Source: the human T2T-CHM13v2.0 reference genome, Homo sapiens
DNA length: 64,000 nucleotides
Direction: 5' to 3' (one strand)
Assembly: GCF_009914755.1 (NCBI RefSeq)
Contig: NC_060941.1
A model generated the notes under the pieces. That model ran no database searches, was not told where the DNA came from, and was given only the letters and a program-made list of their open reading frames with translations. This document shows, piece after piece, positions 36,196-62,111 of this stretch. Positions within the stretch are counted from its first letter, which is position 1; each line of letters opens with the position of its first letter. The position numbers and the translations under genes are program-made.

Positions 36196-36400
36196 ACAGT
36201 GGTGTCTTCCCAGGGAATTTAGATACCATAATTTCCACCCTCCCATCCTATGGATACCAAAATCTGCTGATTCTCTTGTAGTAAGAGATGACTTTAAGTC
36301 ATCTTAAAGTCTCTAGATTACTTATAATATCTAATACAATGTAAGTGCTATATAAATAGTTGTTATACTGTATTGTGTTGTATTTTTGTTGCTATTGTTA
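36196..36400 (+). mobile_element. MER2 (Tigger-family DNA transposon) 5'/middle fragment
   Basis: GGATACCAAAATC and CTCTAGATTACTTATAATATCTAATACAATGTAAGTGCTATATAAATAGTTGTTATACTGTATTG match MER2. Confidence 0.75.
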
Positions 36401-36554
36401 TTTTAGAGATGGGGTCCCTGAAATCCCGTGATAGAGATTTCTGTCTGTTTTGTTCACTGATGTATTCCCAGCACAGGACAGAGCTTGCTAGTGGATGCTT
36501 TATACATCTTCCTCCATAGTCAGGCATGTTAGCATGTGCTTGTAGTCCTAGCTA

Positions 36555-37014
<460 letters not shown>

Positions 37015-37379
37015 TCTCTGTTTCAAGTGTTTGATTTAGAGGCTACAAAGGATGAAGAGGGCTCAAGGCCTCAAACAGAGCAAGGTAAATGAGTTTCTCC
37101 GGCTGCTAGAGCGGTCTAGGAGACCTTAGGTGGCTAAGCCACTTCTTCCTCCTTTGCAAACCCTCTGGTTGTTCTCCATAAAGGAATGACCTCAGATAGT
37201 AGACAGTAGCCAAGGCTTACAGGAGGGAAATCCAGACCTGCTCTTCATCCCAAACACCGACCCAAGGACCACTCCTTCCAGGAACCTAGCCTAAAGCAAA
37301 GGTGCAGACAGCCCGGGGCCACCGCTGACCTCTAGGGCAAGCCAAATTAAGGCTGGGAGAGGATCCTGCAGGCCAAAGG

Positions 37380-37807
37380 ATGGAAAGGACTAGGAACAAA
37401 CAACAACAAAACCCTTACGGGGACAGGCGGAACAGTGCCCCCTCCCACTCCCACAACCATTCCTCCCTCGATGGGAGGACGATTTCTGCTATTTGGCCTC
37501 ATGGGAAATGTAGTCTTTTAGGAGACATGGCCAGAAGGGCCGTTTACAAAACTTTGGCAGAAGAAAAAAATACGTTGTGTATGGGAGTCCAAAACTACCG
37601 TCATGCTTGCACAGACTCTAAATACACATTTTCCCCTTTCCTTAGCCTCCACCAGTCTCCAGAGCAATTCCTCCTCCCGCCCACATCCCATGTGTCTCGG
37701 CTTTCAATTTGGGCAGACCTACCTCTCTCCTACTCGCTGGTTCGTCAGCCGCTCTGTTCAATCGTAGGAGCGCTCCTGGTCGGTTCCCGCAGTGCCTTGC
37801 GGCTGTA
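37380..37807. promoter_or_regulatory. ERAL1 promoter, probably bidirectional; ZNF143/SBS motif (37500-37515, revcomp GACTACATTTCCCATG) and GC box (CCCGCCC 37676-37682)
   Basis: Motifs read directly; CpG-rich sequence continues through ERAL1 exon 1. Confidence 0.7.
37723..37777 (-). other. FAM222B: Probable alternative non-coding first exon of FAM222B, head-to-head with ERAL1 (5' end approximate)
   Basis: Minus-strand donor GAG|GTAGGT (plus ACCTAC 37717-37722); consistent with recalled annotation of a FAM222B start abutting ERAL1. Confidence 0.5.
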
Positions 37808-43326
<5,519 letters not shown>

Positions 43327-43807
43327 CCACCCTCTACTGACCCTCCCAGGGCATTCCAGCTCAAGCTGCTGGCAGGAACTGACCAGTTCTGTCCTTGGCT
43401 GGGGACCCTCCAGGCACTGGTGAGAGACATGAACACTGACTGGCCACTAGCTGGCCTGGCCCTGTTGAGTCTGCACAGTCCCTGCCCAGCTGTGTCTTCT
43501 GTTGGAAGAAGGAACCTGCCTTAGCTCAGTTTCCAGGTGGTTCCTCTGCCTGGCACCACAGCTACAAAGGTGTAGCTAAGAAGATGGCCCATTGGTGGGA
43601 GCAATGTCACCCTGCCTCCAGCTAGCTATGGGCCCAGAGTTTCTCCCTGAGTCGCTGTTGCTAGCAGGGAGATTTCTCTTCCTGCCCTCACTTCTTTCAC
43701 CTTGAACTTGGATAAGAACTCGTGTCTCCTGAGTGAGGTAGCGCCTCCCATCTGCTCCCCAATTCTTGATCTCTCCCACCCCATCCCTCTCCCCAGTCTT
43801 GGATACT

Positions 43808-43813
43808 AATAAA
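43808..43813 (+). terminator. ERAL1: ERAL1 polyadenylation signal AATAAA
   Basis: First AATAAA after the stop (~480 nt 3'UTR), followed by T-rich downstream sequence. Confidence 0.85.
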
Positions 43814-44141
43814 ATATAAGCATTCTGGTTCTCATCTTTATTCCTTTTATTTATTTATTTTTATTTTTTAATATTAGGGACTGAGTCTCACTATGTTGTC
43901 TAGGCTGGTCTCAAACTCCTGGGCTCAAGAAATCCTCCTGCCTTGGCCTCTGAAAGTGGTGGGATTACAGGCGTGAGCCACTGTGCCTGGCTTATCTTTA
44001 TTTCTTTACAACAGGAAAGAGAAAATGTATCTATTCCCTCCCCTACCCCCAATCCCACGCCCCCACCCCTGCCTTGTTTGAGCTGGAGTCTCCCTTCCAG
44101 TAGTCTGCTTCAGGGTCCTGAGTTCTCTTCCTGGCACGTTT

Positions 44142-44213
44142 TCTGGGTATAGCAAGAGAACCATTACCATTACTAAACTCAGTAATGGTAACGGTTTCCT
44201 TGCCATTCCCAAG
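44142..44213 (-). ncRNA. MIR451A: pre-miR-451a (mature AAACCGUUACCAUUACUGAGUU at 44176-44197); Dicer-independent, AGO2-sliced
   Basis: Exact reverse complement of the known 72-nt hairpin. Confidence 0.98.
44144..44211 (+). ncRNA. MIR451B: MIR451B annotation (antisense reading of the same hairpin)
   Basis: UAGCAAGAGAACCAUUACCAUU at 44150-44171; biological reality doubtful. Confidence 0.55.
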
Positions 44214-44305
44214 TGCCCTGGCAGTCAGTAGGTTGTGACAGGCTGAGCAGAGAGCTTCTTGGGCTTGCAGCATCTCTCCTGTCCTCCTTGTCAGGCTCCA
44301 GAGCT

Positions 44306-44391
44306 GGGGGTGCCCGGACTAGTACATCATCTATACTGTAGTGTCTCATCGCAAACTTACAGTATATGATGATATCCCAGCCAGGGCCCCA
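44306..44391 (-). ncRNA. MIR144: pre-miR-144 (3p at 44321-44340; 5p at 44356-44377)
   Basis: Reverse complement contains UACAGUAUAGAUGAUGUACU and GGAUAUCAUCAUAUACUGUAAG. Confidence 0.98.
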
Positions 44392-44427
44392 CTGGGGGCA
44401 CAGGAAGCATGGCTTGAAAAGCACTGT

Positions 44428-44503
44428 GAGGGGCTGGGGGCAGAACAGGACAGGTCAGGGCTGGACACACACAGCTTCCTGCTCCCTGCTCTACAGCTCC
44501 CTC
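44428..44503 (-). ncRNA. MIR4732: pre-miR-4732
   Basis: Reverse complement contains UGUAGAGCAGGGAGCAGGAAGCU (5p) and GCCCUGACCUGUCCUGUUCUG (3p). Confidence 0.93.
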
Positions 44504-44749
44504 GCAGGCCAGCGTCTCCTTGATTCTGTGGTCAGGCACAGCCCAGGTGGGTTATGGGAAGGGGACTGGAGCTAGGGTCTGTTAAGATCTCATAGGGACC
44601 CAGGGCCAGTGTTAAACAAGCCAGAGATGGCGTAATGATGCAGAAGGTTCCCTTTGGTCACACTAACAAGCAGACAGGCAGACAGACCCAGAGAAGGTGC
44701 ACTTACCTGGAGCTGGAACTGCAGACTGAGGAGGCCTTTGGATGCAGGG

Positions 44750-44830
44750 AGGATCTGTCCCTCAAGCTGCTTGCCTTTTATCATACCGGTCCCTCCCCTG
44801 GGTGGGGCACTTTTCCTGGCCCTGCCTCTT
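44750..44830 (-). promoter_or_regulatory. Putative core promoter of pri-miR-4732/144/451: GATA-type TATA box (TGATAAAAG, 44775-44783) and KLF CACCC box (44800-44808)
   Basis: Motifs read directly; a consensus donor CAG|GTAAGT lies ~70 nt downstream. Confidence 0.6.
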
Positions 44831-47800
44831 AACCCTTGCCCTGCTAGAGTCCATGACAAGGGTCACTGGCCCCTTTCCCTAGAAGGCCTTTTCTCACATA
44901 CTCTCTCATGGACCATATTCACCCTTCACTCCCATCTCCAAGAAGCTCATCATCTCTGCCGGGCTGGGAAGGAGAAAGAACAGCCTCATCCCATCCACCA
45001 GCATTTAATTGCTGGTCAGATCCCTAGTGGAAGGTTTCTCGTTTTTGCTTTTTTTGTTTTTGTTTTTGTTTTGCAGTGGTGGTAGGCAATGTTAGTTGAA
45101 TCTCTCTGTATAGGGCAGGAAGGGTCCTGGCAACTGGATCTCCAGAATCTGTCTGGCAGCCGAGCTCACCCTACCCGTCAGCCTAAATTTCTATTCCCAG
45201 CCCCTGCCCCTGTGTTTATGATGAGCCCAAGGAGGCCAGACCTAGGCAGGCAGAGAGACTCTGCCTAGCACTGCCCTGGCAAGGTCCTCTTGGGGGTTGC
45301 TCTACTAGGAGATTTGAGAGCAGCTGAATCCCCAGCTCTTGTGGGTCTGCTCTTCAAAGCTCAAGGCACCTCCAGTGAGAGCCTAGCACTGTTTGGTTCT
45401 TTGCCTCTGGGGTAGAGGAGAGGCTCCTCAAAGCAAGGCCTCTGCTGTTTAGAATCCCCATTCTGGGGGACACGCCCTTCCCTCTTCCCTATCCTAGACA
45501 ATCTGGTCTGTGTGCTGGAAGGCAGTTAATACTCTTCCTCTGCGGGGGTAGACTAGACCAGGATGGAAGTGGGAGAAGAGACCCAACCTTTTCTGGGTCC
45601 TGTGGAGGTGTTCTATTTCCTGAGGTCACAGCACGCTGGCACATGCTCTACCCTCTGCTTAGCATGGTCTTCCCTCCTTTCTTGTCTAGTTAGCTCCTAG
45701 CCCCTCTTCAGAGCTCTTTTTTTTTCCTTCCTTTTTTTTGAGACAATTTAACTCTGTCACCCAGGTTGGAGTGCAGTTGTGTCATCATGGCTCACTGCAG
45801 ACTCCCTGGGCTCAGGTGATCCTCCCACCTCAGCCTCCCAAGTAGCTGGGACTACAGGCGTACACCACCACACCTGGCTAATTTTTGTATTTTTAGTGGA
45901 GATGGGGTTTCGCCATGTTGTCTAGGCTGCTCTCAAACTCCTGGGCTCAAGTGATCCGCCCACATGGGCTCCCAGAGTGCTGGGATTACAGGCGTGAGCC
46001 ACCGCACCAGCCTCCCTCTTCACATCTCTAAGTGTTACTTCTGCAGGGAAGTCTTCCCAGACTATTTAAGTCTCCCTGATAGGGACTTATTTATTTGTGT
46101 GATTATTCACATTAAGTAAATAGTCATGAGGGCCTTGTTTATTCACTAATATATTTCTGTGTTTTTGTTTTTGTTTTTTGTTTTTTTTTAGCGAGAGTCT
46201 TGCTCTGTCGCCCAGGCTGGAGTACAGTAGCATAATCTCAGCTCACTGCAACCTCCGCCTCCTGGGTTCAAGCGATTCTCCTGCCTCAGCCTCCTGAGTA
46301 GCTGGGACTACAGGTACTCGCTGCCACGCCCAGCTAATTTTTTGTATTTTTAGTAGAGACAGGCTTTCACCGTGTTGCCCAGGCTGGTGTCGAACTCTTG
46401 AGCTCAGGCGATCCGCCCGCCTCAGCCTCCCAAAGTGCTGGGATTACAGGCGTGAGCCACTGCGCCCAGCTCACTGATGTACTTCTATCACATAATTAAC
46501 AACTAAATAAATGTTCCAGCCTACATCAAGCTGAGCCTAATGTAATATGGGGGAGGAGAGAGACCTTGGCCTGAGGAGGCAGATGGACAAAGCTGTGGCT
46601 CTCTCAGGCAAGCCATTTTCTCTCTGGGACCCTCCCTGTTCTTATTTGTAAATAGGAATAACAATAGTCCCCAGTTCACAGAGTTGCCAGATCTAGGGGA
46701 TCAGCTGCTGGTGCCGGTCAACAGAAGGGGTTCAAACAAGTTCATTCCCACCTCACCCCATTCCCTCAGGGACCCCCACAAGGCCTGTCCTTGAACATCT
46801 GAAAGCCCATGGAATATTATTGAAAGCCACCTGGGACCATTGCAAGAACCCAGGTCTAGAGGTGACAGGTCCCAAGTGACAGTCTCAGCTGTGCTGCATC
46901 CAGCTCTGTGACTTTGGACCAAGTGTTCCCACTCACAGTTTCCTCAAATTTAAAATGGCAGCTGTCAATACCAACCTTATACAGTGATGAAGAGGGTGAT
47001 ACGAGCACTCATCTCAAGCTCCCAGATCAGGTCCTAGCACATATGAAACAAATGTCAGTTTCCTTCTTTACTTCTTTCTTCTGTCTCACAAACTGTGTGA
47101 CTGGGGACAAATTGCACTTCTCTGAGCTTTGGTGGTTATACACATCTTGCCAAGTTGTAAGAGTCAAGTCAGAAATATGAGTGAGAGCCCAGGCATGGTG
47201 GCTCACGATTGTAATCCCAGAACTTTGGGAGGTTGAGGGGGGCAGATCACTTAAGCCCAGGAGTTCAAGACCAGCCTGGGTAACATAGTGAGACCCCATC
47301 TCTACTAAAAGTACGAAAAAAAAAAAAAAAAGAAAACAAATTAGCCAGTTGTGGTGGCATGTGCCTATATAGTCCCAACTACTTGGTGGGCTGTGGTGAG
47401 AGGATCACTTTAGCCTGGAAAGTCGAGGCTGCAATGAGCCATGTTTGCACCACTGCACTTCAGCCTGGGTGACAAGAGTGAGACTCTACCTCAAAAAAAA
47501 AAAAAAAAAAAGAAAAAGAAATATAGAAAGATGAGTGAGGGCCAGGTGCGGTGGCTCACGCCTGTAATCCCAGCACTTTGGGAGGCTGAGGTGGGTGGAT
47601 AATTCGAGGTCAGGAGTTTGAGACCAGCCTGGCCAACATGGAGAAACCCCATCTCTACTAAAAATACAAAAAATTAGCCGGGCGTGGTGGCAGCACCAGT
47701 AATCCCAACTACTCGGGAGGCTGAGGCACAAGAATTGCTTAAACCCAGGAGGCAGAGGTTGCTGTGAGCCAAGACTGCACCACTGCCATCTACGCTGGGT

Positions 47801-48119
47801 GACAGAATGAGACTCCGTTTAAAAAAAAAAAAAAGATGAGCGACAAAGCTTCTGAAATCCAGCTGCTCTAACCAGGTGAGGCATTGTCGTTATGTCTGCT
47901 CCTGCTTCCCCTGACCCCCTTTCCTGTCCTGTGTCCCTCCTGCGAGGCCACCTCTACTCAGAAACCCCACAGACAGCTCAAGCTCCTTCAACAAAGGCAG
48001 GGCTTCGTGTACTAGGGCAAGCTTCATGCCACTTACTTCCTAGACTTCTGCCTAGTGCCTGGGGGCCAAGTCCAAAGGTGAGCATGGGCAGAACCTAGGC
48101 GTCCTAAAGGGAAAGGGGA

Positions 48120-48310
48120 GAGATTATCTCAGCCAGCCAGAGATCCTGTGGCTGTGGCCTCTGGCCAGGGGTGGGGATTGCTGTGAGTAGGGTGTGGGTT
48201 GGAGGAGAGTCTGGGCCTGGGTGGGATAGTCAGGGGGCCCTGATAAGCAGACATTGGGCTATCAGGGTGGGGGCCCAGCAGCCTTCTGTTTATCAGGAGC
48301 CAACACGGGC
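48120..48310. promoter_or_regulatory. Erythroid enhancer candidate: 4 WGATAR plus 4 CACCC/KLF1 motifs, including a GATA1::TAL1 composite
   Basis: TTATCT 48124, TGATAA 48241, CTATCA 48259, TTATCA 48290; GGGGTGGGG 48168, GGGTGTGGG 48190, GGGTGGG 48219, GGGTGGGG 48265. Confidence 0.75.
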
Positions 48311-48849
48311 CAAAGCAGGGCTGAGGCGCTTCCCGCCCAGGGCTGTTTTCCTGGATATTTGTTCTTCCATTCCTCTGCCTCCCCAGTACCCCACAGGGAG
48401 TTGGAATGTGAATCCCTCTGCCTCTCTGCAAGGCACATGGAGACTCTCTGGCCAGTACAGGGGTGGGAGGACACCAGCTAGGGCCTTGGGCCTGACTTTT
48501 AAATTCTGACAGCTTTTGCTTCAAACCAGGAGCTCCATGGCTTTTCTGAGGCCAGTGAGGCAAGTCTGGGGACTTCGTCCTTCTAACTTCAACCCCTGCC
48601 ACTGCAGCTTTAAGCTCTTGACTGTTCTTTAGGTCTTTTTTGGAAGAAGTCCTAAAGTGTATGGTGATGAAGTTAAGGATGGTCAGATCTGTACAGGTCC
48701 TTCAAAATCATGGAGTTCAAGTCTCCCATTTATATAGGAGAGAAACTGAAGGCAGAGAGGAGGAGAGAATTGTCCAAAGCTTAAGGGTTCCCTCCACCTC
48801 TCAGCATCGGAGAACAATGCATGACTCAGAGGAACAGGAAGCAGCCATA

Positions 48850-48963
48850 GACACTCACAGACAGATACACATAATATGCAAAACACACACATACAAATGC
48901 ACACATGTGCACTGCCCACATGTACGCAGACATACAACACATAGAGATACACAGCATACACAT
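48850..48963. repeat. Degenerate (CA)-rich low-complexity tract
   Basis: ACACAT/ACACAC-like units. Confidence 0.7.
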
Positions 48964-48979
48964 TAAAAAAAGAAATTCA

Positions 48980-55545
<6,566 letters not shown>

Positions 55546-56271
55546 CCAGGTACAGTTCTAAAGGTGGCTGTTGAGTGGAGCCTGAGTGTCCCTACTGCCT
55601 CAAATCCTTCCCGCCATCAGCCAGGCCTTTACATTCCTCCCTCCCTGCCAGGACAACCTGTTTGCTTCACAGCTGCTGTGGAAAAGATAGGCAGCCTGGA
55701 TTATCAAGACAGACAAGGCTCCTTGCTGACAGTTCCCACCCACCCAGAGGCAAGCGTTCCTGAGCCCTTAACCCCCTCTGTGCTGGGCCTTCAGGCCTAG
55801 GGACTGGGCACAGCAGGGAAGATGGGCAGGCCTGGTACCCTCTATATCGAATTCCTAAGGCTGGTGGGGTCATGAGCACAACAGGGTAGGAAACAGCATC
55901 ACCTGCACACTCCAGGTGCCCATTCTATATACTAAGCCCTTTCCTTCCTGGGTTCATGGAAGTTCATGGTAAACAGGGCCTTAGCAGGCCTCTGAAGGCT
56001 CAGGCAGAATGCTCTATACTCTCCACTCTCTCTTCCTGAGGCTGGTTCCAGGCTCTGGGGACAGAGGCCTGGCTTTCTCCATTCCAGGGGTCCACTGGCA
56101 TTAGTACAGGTGCTGAGGCATCCCCTCCTCACTCCCTACCCCCACATCATTGCCCCTTCCTCCTCTCCAGCACCCTTCAGATCTCTTTCAGCAAGGCCCC
56201 TCTCATCTTCTTGCTGAAGTCAGTGTCCCTGACACTAAGGCCAACCTGGACCATCTCCTAGTTGGGTCTCA

Positions 56272-56635
<364 letters not shown>

Positions 56636-57167
56636 TTAGCCAGGTATGGTGGTGCATGTCTGTAGTCCCAGCTACTCAGGAGGCTGAGGTAGGAGGTTCA
56701 CTTGAGCTTAGGGAAGTCAAAGCTGCAGTAAGTCGTGATGGTGCCACTGCATTCCAGCCTAGGCGACAGAGAGAGACTATCTCTCTATCTTGAAAAAAAA
56801 AAAGTCTGCTCCCTCAAATGTTTTTCCCATTTCAGTAAATAACAACTCCGTTCTTCCGTTCTTCCAGATGGGACGAAGATCTTGGAGGCAATTTATTTTC
56901 TTTTTTTGGACATGTTCCAGATTTTGATCTTCACGCTGGTTAGAAAGGTATATGCATTTATGAAATTTTATTATATGTAAAATTCACAAGATTTGTACCC
57001 CTTTCGCTATGTAAGTTATACTTCCAATTTAAAAGCAACCACTCAATTCCCTATTTTCTATGTATTAATCACAATTTTTTTTGTTTTGTTTTTTGAGACA
57101 GGGTCTTGCTCTGTCACCCAGGGCAAAATGCAGTCACCCAGGGCAAAATGCAGTGGCATGAACATGG

Positions 57168-57606
57168 TGTGTCCAGAATTGGTGGGTTCTTGGTCTCATT
57201 GACTTCAAGAATGAAGCTGCAGACCCTCGCAGTGAGTGTTACAGTTCTTAAAGATGGTGTGTCCGGAGTTTGTTCCTTCTGATGTTTGGACGTGTTCGGA
57301 GTTTCTTCCTTCTGGTGGGTTCATGGTCTGGCTGGCTTCAAGAGTGAAGCTGCAGACCTTCGCAGTAAGTGTTACAGCTCTTAGGGCGGCACGTCTGGAG
57401 TTATTGGTTCCTCCCGTCCGGAGTTGTTCATTCCTCCCGGTGGGTTCGTGGTCTTGCTGGCCTCAGGAGTGAAGCTGCAGACCTTCGCAGTGATTGTTAC
57501 AGCTCATAAAGGCAGTGCGGACCCAAAGAGTGAGCAGCAGCAAGATTTATTGCAGAGTGAAAGAACAAAGCTTCCACAGTGTGGAAGGGGACCTAGCGGC
57601 TTGCCC
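57168..57606 (-). mobile_element. Truncated LTR12 (ERV9) LTR, R/U5 portion
   Basis: Repeated GAGTGAAGCTGCAGACCTTCGCAGTGAGTGTTACAGCTC units, terminal TGTGTCC, and GATTTATTGC (AATAAA on minus). Confidence 0.9.
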
Positions 57607-57619
57607 GCAATTTATTTTC

Positions 57620-61000
<3,381 letters not shown>

Positions 61001-61004
61001 AAAT

Positions 61005-61545
61005 ACCTTTTAAGGTGTATCAAATGATATCACTCCTTTTTCAAAGCCTTTCAGTGGTTTCCCACCTCAGAGTAAAGACCACAATATGCCTCATTAAGGT
61101 TCTACATGATCTGGAAAGATGAGATCCTGACTCATCTCCTGATACCCTGACTTACTCCCTTGCTCCAAACATCCTGACCTTGCTATTCTTTCATCATGCC
61201 AGACACTCTCCTGCCTCAGGGCCTTTGGATGGAAAACTCTTCCTTCAGATATCTGAATGGCTCAATCCTTTACTTTCTTCAGGGCTACCTTCTTAATGAG
61301 GCCTTTTTTGGATACCCTAAAATTTCAGCGGACTCCCACACTTCCTATAATTTCTTTGACTTCTTTTCCTTATGACTTACCATTATCTAACATTATCTAA
61401 AAATTAAACTGTACGTTTAATTTTTCTTGTTTCTATCTGAATGTAAGCTTGAATGGCTGTGCATTTATTTTGTTGACTCATTGCTCTGGCATCTAAGACA
61501 ATGCTTAGTACATTGCAAGCATTTGATAAATTCATTAAATGAATA
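61005..61545 (+). mobile_element. L2 3' fragment
   Basis: CTCCTGCCTCAGGGCCTTTG..., GAATGTAAGCTT..., ending in AAATGAAT. Confidence 0.6.
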
Positions 61546-62111
61546 AGAATATTGAGGCCCAGAAAGATGAAGTTACTCACCTAAGATTACACAGGTAATG
61601 AACAATAAAGCTAAAATCTAAACCTACATTGCCTTACTTCAGAGTCTAAGCTCTTAAGCCTGAGAGATGGGCTCCATTACTGAGTAGGGCTCAGTATACC
61701 GGTACAGAGGTGCAGTGAACCTGGCAGTTTCCTCCACCTTTTCTTCTTTTTTTTTTTTAAGAGATGGAGTCTTCCTATGTTGCCCAGGCTGAACTCAAAC
61801 TCCTGGGCTCAAGCAATTCTCTCACCTCAGCCTCCTGAGTAGCTGGGACTACAGGCATGTGCAACTGCACCCTGCTAGTCCCCTCCACCTTCTGCCTGTG
61901 ATGGAGCCAGGTGTTCCAGGGCTGGGGTTTGGCCTAAGCATCTTAGCCAATCAGTCATGTCCAAGGCGCAACTGGGGGCAAGGCCAGTGTGCTGTTGCTC
62001 CCCAGTGGCTAGAATGCGGAAGAACAGGCTAAAAGCTGCCTTGAAGCTGAAGAGAGGTAGGGGACCTGGTTGGTTCTCGGTTCGCAGTCTCTCTCCTCAC
62101 AGAAGACACAA

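Noticed and set aside
37709-37807. N-terminal extension of ERAL1 in the ORF track
   Set aside because: Starts at TTG in promoter sequence; ATG 37808 gives the expected 437 aa with a targeting presequence.
44428-44503. miR-4732 as a classical mirtron
   Set aside because: The mature 3p end is 7 nt short of the AG and the donor is ~200 nt upstream of the hairpin; splice-site overlap fits better.
57200-57510. Regularly spaced direct repeats resembling a CRISPR array
   Set aside because: They are the internal U5 repeats of LTR12; the context is eukaryotic and no cas genes are present.
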